A stretch of 64,000 nt of DNA from Candidatus Krumholzibacteriia bacterium (GCA_050174015.1 JBFXKG010000008.1:32001-96000); one strand, 5' to 3'; positions 48,225-58,608 are shown, counted from the stretch's first letter. The notes: a model not told the origin generated them from the letters alone. Program-made: numbers and translations.

Positions 48225-50403
48225 GCCGGACCAGTTCGCCGAGATCGATGGCCTCGACCCGGCCGCTGCGTAGAGCGTCGAGGATCTTCAGGGTGGCTAA
48301 GGTCGTGGCCAGCTGGGAGGTGGCCGAGATGGGGGCCGTTCCGCTCTCGATCCCGTCGAGGAACGCGATCACTTCCTCCTTGTGTCCTTTACCGCTGCAT
48401 CGGATGGTCCGGGACTTGCCCGAGGTGAACAGGCTGACCTTCTGGAAGTTGTGGATCACGGCCGCACGTCCGGCGCCCAGGATCTCGAACTGCTCCTTGG
48501 GCATGCCGGACGCACCCTCGGCGAAGTAGCCGATCGAACCCACCGACCCGTCGGCGAACTTCAGGCTGATGACGACGTTGTCGTCGGGCTTGACTTCCTG
48601 GTTGTCCGTGGCGATGCACATCGCGGAGACGGCGACCGGATCGGCCCCACACATGAACTGCATCAGATCGACGAAGTGGCAGACCTCGCCCAGGATGCGG
48701 CCTCCGCCCTCGACCGGGTTCTGGGTCCAGTGGTTCCGGGGGATGTGGCCCGCGTTGATGCGGTACATCATGGTCAGGGGGGCCCGGTTCGCGCCGAAGT
48801 GCCGCTTGGCGTGGGCCGCCGCCGGGCTGAACCGGCGGTTGAATCCCACCTGCAGGATGGGAGCGGGGCCTGGTTTTTCCAAGTCCTCCAGGACCGAGGC
48901 GATATCTCCGAGCTGCTCCAGGGTCAGGCACAGCGGCTTCTCGACGAAGACGTGCTTGCGGGCCCGCAGTCCGGCCAGGGCCAAGGGGCCGTGCTGGTCG
49001 TGACGGGTCGCCACGACCAGGGCGTCGGTTCCCACATGGGTGGCGACGGCCTCGGCCGAATCGACGGCCTCGGAGAATCCGTTGCGGAGACCGATGTCCG
49101 TCGCGGTCAGTCCGGTCCGGGTGAAGATGGGACCCAGGACGGTACGCCGGTCATCGCGGAAGGTGGGAAGCAGGAAGGTCTGGGCGAAATTGCCCGCGCC
49201 GGCGAAACCGATTCCGATCTTGCCGACCGTCTTGGCCCTCCCCTCCAGCGGGATGGTCCGGGGCTGAGTACGGCGTTCCGCGGGATATTCCACGAGTATG
49301 CCGCAGTAGGGCTCGCTCCGGGCGGCGATCATCTCGTAGGCCCTGGGGGCGTCCTCGAGGGAGAAGCGGTGGGTCACCAGGGGGAGGGGATCGAAGGAAC
49401 CCGCCGCCATCATGTCCAGCACGGCTTCCATGTTGCGGCCCTCGGTCCAGCGGACGAATCCGTAAGGGTAGTCGAGCCCGCTTTCCTCGTAGAGGGGATC
49501 GTAGCGGCCGGGCCCGTAACTGCAGGACACCGAGAACCGGAGTTCCTTCTCGTAGTAATCGGGTCGGGGAAGGTCCATGCCGACGGCGCCGACCACGACG
49601 ACCCGACCCCTCTGTCTGCAGACCCGGCCGGCCATGGCCACGGGATCGTTGCTCGATGTGGCCGCGCAGATCAGCACGGCGTCGACGCCGGCCCCTCGGG
49701 AGAAATCAGCAGCCATGGCCTCGACGGGATCGGTCCCCAGCCGGGCGGCCAGGTCTGCGAATCCCAGGCGGCGGGCGCGGTCGACGGCGTCGGCGGCGAT
49801 GTCCGTGGCGAATACCCGGCAGCCTCCGGCCTTCAACAGTTCGCAAGCCATCAGTCCGATGGCCCCCAGGCCCACGACCATGACGTTCTCGCCGAGAGTA
49901 GGTTCGGCGAGCCGGATGCCCTGCAGGGCGATGGCGGCGAGCGTGGTCATTGCGGCCGCGTCGGGGGCCACTCCCCGGGGAACCTTGACGACGAGATTCA
50001 CGGGGACGACGACCTCTTCGGCGTGGTTGGCGTAGCCGCCGCCGGCGCAGGCCACCAGGTCGCCCTTGCCAAATTTGTCGATCCCTGGCGCAACCTCGAC
50101 CACCTCTCCGGCCAGGCTGTACCCCAGAGTCTCGGCCCCGCTGAGCTTGTCCTTGACCTTCTGGATCGTCGCGGCCAGGCCGAGCTGTCCCACCATGCCC
50201 AGCACCTGCTTGACCTGGTCCGGCTTGGCCCGGGCCTTGCCGATGAGGGATTTCCTGCCGGTGACGATCTTGTTGCCCTCGGTCCCCGGACTGATGGCCG
50301 AGTACAGGGTCTTGACGCGGACGCAGCCCTCGGCCAGGAGAGGGGCGGGGGTTTCCAGAAGGCGGACCGATCCATCCTTGAGCGTCTGGGCGATGATCTT
50401 CAC
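48214..50403 (-). CDS. Bi-domain oxidoreductase (MDR/Zn-ADH-like plus Gfo/Idh/MocA)
   Basis: SAISPGTE, GLGAIG, SCSYGPGRYD, then GAGNFA, HVFVEKP, GFNRRF, GEVCHF; GTG start. Confidence 0.9.
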   Translation of the reverse strand: MKIIAQTLKDGSVRLLETPAPLLAEGCVRVKTLYSAISPGTEGNKIVTGRKSLIGKARAKPDQVKQVLGMVGQLGLAATIQKVKDKLSGAETLGYSLAGEVVEVAPGIDKFGKGDLVACAGGGYANHAEEVVVPVNLVVKVPRGVAPDAAAMTTLAAIALQGIRLAEPTLGENVMVVGLGAIGLMACELLKAGGCRVFATDIAADAVDRARRLGFADLAARLGTDPVEAMAADFSRGAGVDAVLICAATSSNDPVAMAGRVCRQRGRVVVVGAVGMDLPRPDYYEKELRFSVSCSYGPGRYDPLYEESGLDYPYGFVRWTEGRNMEAVLDMMAAGSFDPLPLVTHRFSLEDAPRAYEMIAARSEPYCGILVEYPAERRTQPRTIPLEGRAKTVGKIGIGFAGAGNFAQTFLLPTFRDDRRTVLGPIFTRTGLTATDIGLRNGFSEAVDSAEAVATHVGTDALVVATRHDQHGPLALAGLRARKHVFVEKPLCLTLEQLGDIASVLEDLEKPGPAPILQVGFNRRFSPAAAHAKRHFGANRAPLTMMYRINAGHIPRNHWTQNPVEGGGRILGEVCHFVDLMQFMCGADPVAVSAMCIATDNQEVKPDDNVVISLKFADGSVGSIGYFAEGASGMPKEQFEILGAGRAAVIHNFQKVSLFTSGKSRTIRCSGKGHKEEVIAFLDGIESGTAPISATSQLATTLATLKILDALRSGRVEAIDLGELVRHGR

Positions 50404-50662
50404 GGCGAATCCTTTCGGGTGTCCCTGAAAACGGGCCGCGGGGAAGGCCAGATGGTCCAATCGGATGGACCGGATCGGAGTTGAGCACAAAAATAGCCGA
50501 TTCCCACCGGGGATCAATGCCAACTTCCCCCGGTCACCCTTCAACTGGTCCCCGGATGGAGGCGAAAAACGGAATGGGGTGGACTCAGGCTTTTGCTGGC
50601 TGTATCTTGTTTTGTCGTCAGGTGTTATGTGAAGCAGGGCGGCCATCCGCCTTCCCCTGTCC

Positions 50663-51775
50663 GTGGAAAGGATTTCCGTGGTACGAACCAGCCCCCGCAA
50701 GGTCCTGATGCTCGCCGACAGCCTGGGCGCAGGTGGCGCTGAACGTCAACTCGCATTGCTGGCAGCCTCGCTGCAGGATGAATGGCGGGCCTCAGTCTTC
50801 TCGCTCGGAGCAGGCATCTTCGCCGACCGGATCCGGGAGCTCGGGATCCCCCTGGAACTCGCCCCGCGGCGATTCAAGCTGGACGTCGCTCCCTTCTTCC
50901 GTCTCTGGCAGACCATCGGACGCACCAGGCCCGACGTGGTCCATTCCTGGGGGCACATGGCCTGCTTCGCGGCCGAGGCCTACTGCAGGCCTCGTCGAAT
51001 CCCCCATGTGGCGGGGGTGATCCGCAGAGGGGCGGTCTATTCCGTCCGAGGCCGATTTCCCAGGCTGGCCAGCCGCCTCGGCGACCTGGCCCTGGCCAAT
51101 AGCCGGGCGGGTCTTGTAGCTTTCGGTGTTCCCGATAGGCGCGGTCGGGTGCTGTACAACGGATTTCCCGCGGAGAGGCTGGAGCGGGCCCCGGTCCCGA
51201 TTTCCCGCCCCGGAGAGTTCCATGTCGTCATGGCCGCCACCATGGATGACCGCAAGGACTTTCCCCTGCTGATCGAAGCGATCCGGCGGTTGCGTTCGTC
51301 CGGCGGGGTCCGGGTCCGGGGCACTCTGCTGGGGGACGGCCCGTTTCGGGAGACCTGGCGAACCGAGGCGGCGGACCTGATCGAGGATGGCGCCCTGGCC
51401 TTTCCGGGCCGGGTCGAGGAGATCCTGGACCACCTCGGAAATGCCGACGCGGGAGTCCTGCTCGGTGTCCCCGGCTGGGGGGAGGGCATTTCCAACAGCA
51501 TCATGGAGTACATGGCCGCCCGGTTGCCGGTGGTTGCGACGGAAAACGGCGGCAATCCAGAGCTGGTCATCCCGGGGGAGACGGGATTCCTGGTGAAAGC
51601 TGCCGATGTCGAGGGAGTGGTGGCCGCCCTGCGGGGGTTGATGGCGGATCCGGAGAGGGCCCGGGCCATGGGCCAGGCCGGGCGGCGACGCGTGGAAACC
51701 GTTTTTTCTGTTCCAGCAATGATCGAGACGATCGTTTCGGTCTACGCAGAGGCCCTGGATCTGCGGGGCCGGTAG
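50663..51775 (+). CDS. Glycosyltransferase family 4
   Basis: GGAERQL, RKD, EGISNSIMEYM; start uncertain (50663-50708). Confidence 0.9.
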   Translation: MERISVVRTSPRKVLMLADSLGAGGAERQLALLAASLQDEWRASVFSLGAGIFADRIRELGIPLELAPRRFKLDVAPFFRLWQTIGRTRPDVVHSWGHMACFAAEAYCRPRRIPHVAGVIRRGAVYSVRGRFPRLASRLGDLALANSRAGLVAFGVPDRRGRVLYNGFPAERLERAPVPISRPGEFHVVMAATMDDRKDFPLLIEAIRRLRSSGGVRVRGTLLGDGPFRETWRTEAADLIEDGALAFPGRVEEILDHLGNADAGVLLGVPGWGEGISNSIMEYMAARLPVVATENGGNPELVIPGETGFLVKAADVEGVVAALRGLMADPERARAMGQAGRRRVETVFSVPAMIETIVSVYAEALDLRGR

Positions 51776-51784
51776 GACTGGGAG

Positions 51785-52873
51785 TCAATTCCGGGGCAGG
51801 CTGTCCAGGCTGTCGATCACGGAGTAGATCTTCCGCTTGGACCGCCGGAATTCCATGATCTGCCGCACATGCGGCAAGTAGTTCCAGGACCGCGCCAGCA
51901 TCCTCATCCGCATCCTGATCCGGTTGCTTCGGTGACCCGATCTCACCCGAGCCGCGATGCGGTCAGCGAACCGGCACTCCGAATCGTCTTGGAGACAGGC
52001 AGCCAGAAGGGTGTCCAGTTCGTCGAGATAGGCCTGAAGGTGCGGCGTGGGCACCGGCTGGAACCTGTCGTTGAGATAGCAGGGCACCGTCCGGTGCGAC
52101 AGGCCCGTCTCCCCGACCTCGACCTGGAGGACGGCGGTGGGCCGGTTGTCCCTGATCTTCTGGTCGAAGATGAAATTGCCGAGGCTCGGGGCGAAAACCT
52201 TGCTACCGTCGCCGTGGACTCCCTGGACCTGGTGCGAGTGGTGGCCATGGATGATGGTGCAGCCGGCCTCCAGGATCAGCCGGCCGTACCGGACGACATA
52301 GGCCGGGGGGATGTTGGTGTATTCCTCGCCCCAGTGGATGGAGACAACGAGAAGGTCGATTGCCGCGCAGGCCTCCCGCACCACTCCGACGATCCGCTCG
52401 ATCATGGCTTCGCGGTCCTCCGCCGGGAAATTGGAGATGTTGTAGCCCAGGAAACCGAGTTTTCTGCCGCCGTGGGCCAGGACGACGGGCTCCTCCTGGA
52501 AGAAGACCCCGCGGTCGTAGCCGATGATGGCGATCCCCTGGTCGCGGACCAGATCACAGGACCGCGCGAAGGCCTCCCGACCGTGGTCCAGGGCGTGGTT
52601 GTTGGCCGTGTTGACGACGTTGATCCGGTTTGCAGTCAGGAAGCGGATGTACCGCTCGGGCGAGATCAGGATCCGGTCGAAGGGCGGTTCAAGGATCGAG
52701 GCGTCGCTGAGGACGCATTCCAGGTTGATCACGTTGAAGTCGGCATCCTGCAGCAGCGGTTTGACCGGCTCGAAGGGATCGGCGCCGGTGCGTTCAAGGG
52801 AGGTGATCAGCCCGCTGCCCAGGTTTTCCAGCAGCTCGGCGAACATCACGTCCCCCATGAAGTTCAGCTTCAT
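51785..52873 (-). CDS. CapA/PGA_cap family metallophosphoesterase-like protein
   Basis: GDVM, NLE, ANNHALDHG, HWGEE, GHHSH, SLGNFIFDQ. Confidence 0.9.
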   Translation of the reverse strand: MKLNFMGDVMFAELLENLGSGLITSLERTGADPFEPVKPLLQDADFNVINLECVLSDASILEPPFDRILISPERYIRFLTANRINVVNTANNHALDHGREAFARSCDLVRDQGIAIIGYDRGVFFQEEPVVLAHGGRKLGFLGYNISNFPAEDREAMIERIVGVVREACAAIDLLVVSIHWGEEYTNIPPAYVVRYGRLILEAGCTIIHGHHSHQVQGVHGDGSKVFAPSLGNFIFDQKIRDNRPTAVLQVEVGETGLSHRTVPCYLNDRFQPVPTPHLQAYLDELDTLLAACLQDDSECRFADRIAARVRSGHRSNRIRMRMRMLARSWNYLPHVRQIMEFRRSKRKIYSVIDSLDSLPRN

Positions 52874-52877
52874 TCGG

Positions 52878-53903
52878 TCACCCCATGATCTTCAGCAAAC
52901 GGTCACGGACCGAGTCGCTGGTGAAGTTGGCCCGCGCGAAACGAACGCCGTTCGCGGAAATCTCCTCCAGATCGTCCCGTCCCAGGAGCTCCCGGATCTT
53001 GGCGACCATCACCTCGACGTCCCCGGGAGGGATGAACACGCCGTTGAATCCGTCCCGGATGATTTCGCCTACGGATCCCACGGGACTGACCAGGGGAATG
53101 CAGCCCAGGATTGTCGATTCGATCAGGGTCATGGGGAATTCGTCCCGGTAGGTGGGGAAAAGCAGGAATTTCGACCGGGAATAGAATGCAAATTTACGGT
53201 CATCGTAGATGGGGCCGACCCAATCCACATTGGGGAGGTCGGCTAACCTGGTGCGGAACTCCTCCTCCTGGGTTAGGTCCGCGAAATTCCCAACCATGAC
53301 GAAGGTTCGCTCCGGCAAGCGCCGCGCAACCTCCAGGATGTCGAAGATCCCCTTTTCGTGGTCCATGCGGCCGATGAACAGGATGTCTTCCCGCGCGTTC
53401 ACCGGGGGGATTGTCGGAGACAGGCCCTCGGCGTTGATGAAGTTGGGGACGACGAAGGTGGTTCCCCTCCAGCCGTTGTCCGATAGGCTCTTCCGGCAAG
53501 GCTCGGTCAGCAGGATCATCTTGTCGATGTAGCGTTCGGAGTCGAGAATCTGCCGGAACTGGCGCAGAGTGCATGACCCCTGAAGGTCGGCCTTGGCGTG
53601 GAAGTGGGCTATGGTCTCGCGGCGCAGAAGCTTGGCCCAAAGCAAAAAGAGGCTCTGGTGCAGGTACCCCGTCTGGGCAAGCTGCAGATAGACGACCGGG
53701 GGACGGTGGATCAGGATGATGACGATGGTCCAGAGGTAGGCCAGAGGGTAGGCCAGGATCATGGGCAGGCGGGACTTGAAACGATCGGTGTCCAGGCGCA
53801 GACAGCGGTGTCCCGCCTCCATGGCGACCTTGATCACCTCGTTGTTGATGGTGGCGACTCCGCCCCCGGTGGAGTCGCCGATGAAAAGAATGGTCCTGCT
53901 CAT
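52878..53903 (-). CDS. Glycosyltransferase family 4
   Basis: GGVAT, FIGR..EKG, DEFPMTLIE. Confidence 0.88.
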   Translation of the reverse strand: MSRTILFIGDSTGGGVATINNEVIKVAMEAGHRCLRLDTDRFKSRLPMILAYPLAYLWTIVIILIHRPPVVYLQLAQTGYLHQSLFLLWAKLLRRETIAHFHAKADLQGSCTLRQFRQILDSERYIDKMILLTEPCRKSLSDNGWRGTTFVVPNFINAEGLSPTIPPVNAREDILFIGRMDHEKGIFDILEVARRLPERTFVMVGNFADLTQEEEFRTRLADLPNVDWVGPIYDDRKFAFYSRSKFLLFPTYRDEFPMTLIESTILGCIPLVSPVGSVGEIIRDGFNGVFIPPGDVEVMVAKIRELLGRDDLEEISANGVRFARANFTSDSVRDRLLKIMG

Positions 53904-55291
53904 GATGCGTGCAGCTTCACCTTGTTGAGGACGAACCGCGACTTGCCGGCCTTGCTGACCTCGATCTCATCCGTGCGGACGATCTCGACCGCCATTTCCC
54001 CGAAGAAGACCCTTTCCATGGACGTCTTGAGCACCTCCCGGTACCGGTTGAATGTCTCCTGGTCCGTCTGCAGGTAGACTCGGACCAGATTCTCGGTCTC
54101 CTGGACGACCTGGCCCTTCTGGATGTCGCTGATGTCCTGGTGGATGAAGGCGTAGACCACGGCGCTGGGGGAGATCTTCCTCCCGCTCGGCGTGATGATC
54201 CAGTCCTCGTTCTTGGTGATCACCGGGGAGATGATCGGCAGGGTGCGCCCGCATGAACATTGGAGGTCCGGTTGCGGTTCGATCATGTCCCCGATCTGGT
54301 AACGGATCAGGGGCATGGCGGTATTCACCAGGGTGGTGGCGGCCGCGGGTTGGACGGGATCGAGGATTCCGAACTGGCCCTCGAGATAACCATCGACGAT
54401 GGATAGGTGGTAGCGCCCGGCTTGACACTGGGCGGCGGAAACGATCTTCTCGCCGGAGCCGAAGAGCCCTCGGATCTCGGCTTTCATGACCTCACGGATC
54501 AGGATCTCCTGATGGGCGTGCATGGGTTCGCTGGAAAACAGGACATGCTTGAGATCCCAGTCCATGGTGAAGTCGGAATCCTTCAGGTAGCTGCAGAGGA
54601 TTTCCAGTGAGGACGGGTAGCCCATGAGGAAGGCCGGGCGGCGCCGGCGCAGCATGGCGCCGATTCGGCGGGCGGTTCCGGCGTTGAGATGAAAGGTGGA
54701 CAGGTAGATCTTCCGGTCCGTGTGGGAGACGATCCAGGGTTTTCCGGGGTCTTTTTCCGTGAGCGGCACCACCGGATCACCGACCAACCGGGCGATCCAA
54801 TCGCCCGGCTCGTAACCCGCCCAGACCGTCCGGCGCCACCAGAGGGCGTCGGTCAGCCGGGCGGCCTCGGGGGCCATGTGGATCTGGAACGGGGTCCCGG
54901 TGGTCCCGGAGGTCAGGGAGATCCCGCACTTCCCACGCTTCCGGGCCAGGAAGGCCTCAGGATCCCTGTTGATGAATTCCTTGCTGGTGATGGGCAGTTC
55001 CTGAAGGACAGCAAAGGCTCCCCGACGTTCGAGGTCCCTCTTCAGCGAGGCGTACTTGGAGTAGAACGGGACGTTGTCGAAGGCATGGACGAGGATCCGT
55101 TTCAAACGGACTTCGACCAGTTCCACCTGCTGATCGCGGCCGAGATTCTCCGTGTGGGCGAGGTCCTCCAGCATCCTGTCGTAAGTGCGGAATTCACGGT
55201 TCCTCTTGTATCCGAAGGCGTTGACGTACAGCGACCTCAGGAACCGGGGCGATCGGTTGTAAATCGTCTGCAACGTGCTCATCGAAGCCAT
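53900..55291 (-). CDS. Phenylacetate-CoA ligase/CapK-like adenylate-forming enzyme (second copy)
   Basis: NVPFY, TSGTTG, GYPSSL, FGSGE, RYQIGD, AGK. Confidence 0.85.
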   Translation of the reverse strand: MASMSTLQTIYNRSPRFLRSLYVNAFGYKRNREFRTYDRMLEDLAHTENLGRDQQVELVEVRLKRILVHAFDNVPFYSKYASLKRDLERRGAFAVLQELPITSKEFINRDPEAFLARKRGKCGISLTSGTTGTPFQIHMAPEAARLTDALWWRRTVWAGYEPGDWIARLVGDPVVPLTEKDPGKPWIVSHTDRKIYLSTFHLNAGTARRIGAMLRRRRPAFLMGYPSSLEILCSYLKDSDFTMDWDLKHVLFSSEPMHAHQEILIREVMKAEIRGLFGSGEKIVSAAQCQAGRYHLSIVDGYLEGQFGILDPVQPAAATTLVNTAMPLIRYQIGDMIEPQPDLQCSCGRTLPIISPVITKNEDWIITPSGRKISPSAVVYAFIHQDISDIQKGQVVQETENLVRVYLQTDQETFNRYREVLKTSMERVFFGEMAVEIVRTDEIEVSKAGKSRFVLNKVKLHAS

Positions 55292-55606
55292 TCTTTCGGT
55301 TCAGCGCTCCGTCGGCCGGTCCAGGGCCGGCGCCCTGCCTTGAATGGATCGGTCCGGGGCGCAGGATCTTGAATCGATTCCCATCCATCCAGCCACCGAG
55401 ACCCACACTCTCTACCCGGGGGGAGGCCAACCCGACCAATGGGGCAAAGACAGGGGTCAAAAGATAGCGTGACGGAAACGGATTGCCAATAGTGGGAATT
55501 GACCTTGCAGAGGCTGAATCCCTTGATGATAGAATGATTGAGTCGTTTGTGTGCGTGGCCCTCGGGATGTAGCTTGACAACGGATATTACCTGAAACCGG
55601 AGAGTC

Positions 55607-56461
55607 ATGGATTATCGGATCGCTGGCGTCTCGTTCCTGAACACCATTCCCCTCATCGAGGGCCTCAGGGCCGAGTCCGGCTGGGGCGAACTCTCCCTGG
55701 GGATTCCCAGCCTCCTGGCCGACCGCCTGGCTGATGGGAGGACCGACGTCGCTCTCGTCCCGGCTGCCGAAATCCTGAGGGGCCGGACGGGAGGTCTGCT
55801 CAGTCCCACCGGAATCGCGTGCAAGGGCCCGGTAAACAGTGTCGCCCTTTTCGCGGCGGGAGCCCCGGCGGACCTCGGTCGTGTCCGGGCTGATCGCGGT
55901 TCCCGGTCCTCCGTCGCATTGCTGAAGATCCTCCTCGCCGAGGTTTACGGGGCCTATCCGGAATTCGTCACCGTGGAACCTGAACCAGGTCGGCCTTTGC
56001 TCAGGGGGGAAGGGGCGCTCATCATCGGGGACCGGTGTTTCGCCCAACAGGCCTTCATGGTGAAGGATGACTGCAACGACCTGAAAATGTTCGACTTAGG
56101 GGAGCTTTGGCTTGAGTTGACCGGGTTGCCGTTCGTCTTCGCGGCCTGGGCGGCCGCACCCGATCTGGCCCGGCGCCGGCCATCGGTTGAGGTTGCTGGT
56201 CTGTGCCGACTCCTGACCGAGGCGAGGGATTATGGATTGGTGAGACTGGATGAACTGGCTGCCCGGGAGGCCTCCCTTGGCAAACTTGGGCACGGAGGGG
56301 AGGCGAGTTCCGAGGCCATCGCTTATTATTTCAAGCATTCCTTGCGCTTCGTCATTGGAGAGGAGGAGTTGGCGGGCATGAAACGGTTCCACGAACTTGG
56401 TCGCCGGCACGGTCTGGTTCCGGACCTTCCCTTTCCCGAACTGCTGTTCCCGAGGAGTTGA
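55607..56461 (+). CDS. mqnA: Chorismate dehydratase (futalosine pathway)
   Basis: VSFLNTIPL, SRSSVALL, LIIGD, DLGELW...TGLPFVFAAW. Confidence 0.9.
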   Translation: MDYRIAGVSFLNTIPLIEGLRAESGWGELSLGIPSLLADRLADGRTDVALVPAAEILRGRTGGLLSPTGIACKGPVNSVALFAAGAPADLGRVRADRGSRSSVALLKILLAEVYGAYPEFVTVEPEPGRPLLRGEGALIIGDRCFAQQAFMVKDDCNDLKMFDLGELWLELTGLPFVFAAWAAAPDLARRRPSVEVAGLCRLLTEARDYGLVRLDELAAREASLGKLGHGGEASSEAIAYYFKHSLRFVIGEEELAGMKRFHELGRRHGLVPDLPFPELLFPRS

Positions 56462-57714
56462 TCTTGCGCCCCGCTGACGGTCCCCCCGAACACGGCCCCA
56501 TGGATCCCGTCCGCTACCGGGAACTCGTGGAATTGAAATTCCGCTCCCTCGATGACGAGGTCCCCTTCGAGCCGGAGGTCGAGCCCGCACGGGTGCCTGC
56601 GGTCTCCACCCCCTTCGCCCGGGAGATCCTGGACGAGGCGCTGGAGCGGCGGCTCGACGGGGGCGAACTGCTGGTCCTGTTCGAGGAAGCCTCCCTGCAC
56701 GACCTGGGCCGCACCGCCCATCAGCTGCGCCTGCGCCGCAGCGACCCGGGCATCGTGACCTACATCATCGACCGCAACGTCACCTACACCAACCTGTGCT
56801 ACGCCGACTGCGGTTTCTGCGCCTTCAACCGGCACCAGGGCGACGGCGACGACTACCTGCTCAGCCCGGAGGAGATCGGCGAGAAGTGTCGCACCGTGGT
56901 CGAGGCCGGGGGCAACCAGATCCTGCTCCAGGGCGGGCATCACCCCAAGAAGCGGCTGGACTACTACGAGGACATGCTGCGGGGCATCAAGCGTCAGTGG
57001 CCGCAGATCTGGATCCACGGGTTCTCGCCCAGCGAGATCCAGCACTTCGCGCGGCTCAACCGCCTGAGCGAGCTGGAGGTCATCGGGAGGCTCAAGGAAG
57101 CCGGCCTGGATTCGGTCCCCGGCGGCGGCGCCGAGATCCTCAGCGACCGGGTGCGGCGGATCATCGCCCCGGGCAAGACCATGAGCGGCGAGTGGATCGA
57201 CATCATGGAGAAGGCCCACCGGGTCGGCCTGCCCACCACGGTGACGATGATGTTCGCCCACATCGAGAGCTACGCCGAGCGGGTGGAGCACTTCCTGCGG
57301 GTGCGCGAGAGCCAGGACCGCACCGGCGGGTACACCGCCTTCATCCCCTGGACCTTCCAGCCCGGGGGCACCCCCATGATGCAGAAACCGGAGATCCGCG
57401 CCCGGGTGGAGGCCCACGGGTACCTGGGCAGCGTGGACTACCTGCGGACCCTGGCCCTGAGCCGCATCGCCCTGGACAACTTCGCCAACATCCAGGCCTC
57501 CTGGGTGACCCAGGGCAAGGCCATCGGCCAGATGACCCTCTACTTCGGCGCCAACGACCTGGGCAGCCTGATGATGGAGGAGAGCGTGGTCTCGGCGGCG
57601 GGCGTCAGCCACCCCTTGACCCGCAGGGACCTGGACGAGATGATCACGGGGGCCGGATTCCAGCCGGCTCTGAGGGACAACGGCTACAACCTGGTCGGCG
57701 ACCGGCCGTCCTGA
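56458..57714 (+). CDS. mqnC: Cyclic dehypoxanthinyl futalosine synthase (radical SAM)
   Basis: IDRNVTYTNLCYADCGFC, LQGGHHP, PGGGAEIL, AFIPWTFQP, IQASWVTQG; start is TTG 56458 or ATG 56500. Confidence 0.9.
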   Translation: MILRPADGPPEHGPMDPVRYRELVELKFRSLDDEVPFEPEVEPARVPAVSTPFAREILDEALERRLDGGELLVLFEEASLHDLGRTAHQLRLRRSDPGIVTYIIDRNVTYTNLCYADCGFCAFNRHQGDGDDYLLSPEEIGEKCRTVVEAGGNQILLQGGHHPKKRLDYYEDMLRGIKRQWPQIWIHGFSPSEIQHFARLNRLSELEVIGRLKEAGLDSVPGGGAEILSDRVRRIIAPGKTMSGEWIDIMEKAHRVGLPTTVTMMFAHIESYAERVEHFLRVRESQDRTGGYTAFIPWTFQPGGTPMMQKPEIRARVEAHGYLGSVDYLRTLALSRIALDNFANIQASWVTQGKAIGQMTLYFGANDLGSLMMEESVVSAAGVSHPLTRRDLDEMITGAGFQPALRDNGYNLVGDRPS

Positions 57715-57744
57715 TCCGCCCAGTCCGGGCTCCGGGGATCATCC

Positions 57745-58608
57745 TTGAAACTGGCCTCCACCGACGGCATCGGATTCCGGGAGAAGCAGGGCTTCCGGTT
57801 CTTCCGCCTGCGCAAGAGGGTCGGCCAGTTCCTGCGCTACCGGCCCGGCCAGGACAAGACCGTCCTGCTGGTGGTCGGCTGCCAGCGCAGCGGAACCTCC
57901 ATGATCCACCACCTGTTCCGCCTCGACCCCTCCACCGTCACCTACGACGAGGTCAGCATCCTGTCGGCGGGCGACCGGACCCAGCACCTGCGCTGGACCG
58001 ATCCGGACCTCGCGGTGTCCCGCATCGCCCGCGACCGGTCCCCCTTCGTGGTGGCCAAGCCCCTGGTCGAGAGCCAGAAGCTGTTGTTCTGGCTGGACCT
58101 GCTGCCGAACGGCAAGGCCCTGTGGATGGTCCGCCACTACGCCGACGTGGCGTCCTCCAACGTGAAGTACTTCGGCGAGCGCAACGGGTTCGACGATCTC
58201 GAGCCCATCCTCCGCGCCGATCCGGCGGACTGGCGGGCCGAAAACCTGGATCCCGCCGAGGCGGAGATCATCCGCGGGCTCCATCGCCCGGACATGCCTC
58301 CCCACGACGCCGCCGCCCTGTTCTGGTACGCCCGCAACAGCCTCTTCTTCTCCCAGGGTCTGGACGGCGATGACCGTGTCCGGGCCTGCAGTTACGACGA
58401 TCTGGTGACCGATCCGGGCACGGTGATGAAGGCGGCCTACAGTTTCGTGGGGCGACCCTACCCCGGCGATCGTATCCTGGGGGACGTGTTCTCGGGTTCG
58501 GTCGGCCTGGGGCGGGACGTCCCCCTGACCCCCGCGGTCCGGGACCTGTGCGAAGGCATGCTTGCCAGGTTCGCAGCGGTTCCCCGCCTGTTCCGCCCCG
58601 TTCCCTGA
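57745..58608 (+). CDS. Sulfotransferase family protein
   Basis: PAPS-binding loop VVGCQRSGTS, 3'-PB motif MVRH..DVASS, SYDDLV.DP. Confidence 0.8.
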   Translation: MKLASTDGIGFREKQGFRFFRLRKRVGQFLRYRPGQDKTVLLVVGCQRSGTSMIHHLFRLDPSTVTYDEVSILSAGDRTQHLRWTDPDLAVSRIARDRSPFVVAKPLVESQKLLFWLDLLPNGKALWMVRHYADVASSNVKYFGERNGFDDLEPILRADPADWRAENLDPAEAEIIRGLHRPDMPPHDAAALFWYARNSLFFSQGLDGDDRVRACSYDDLVTDPGTVMKAAYSFVGRPYPGDRILGDVFSGSVGLGRDVPLTPAVRDLCEGMLARFAAVPRLFRPVP

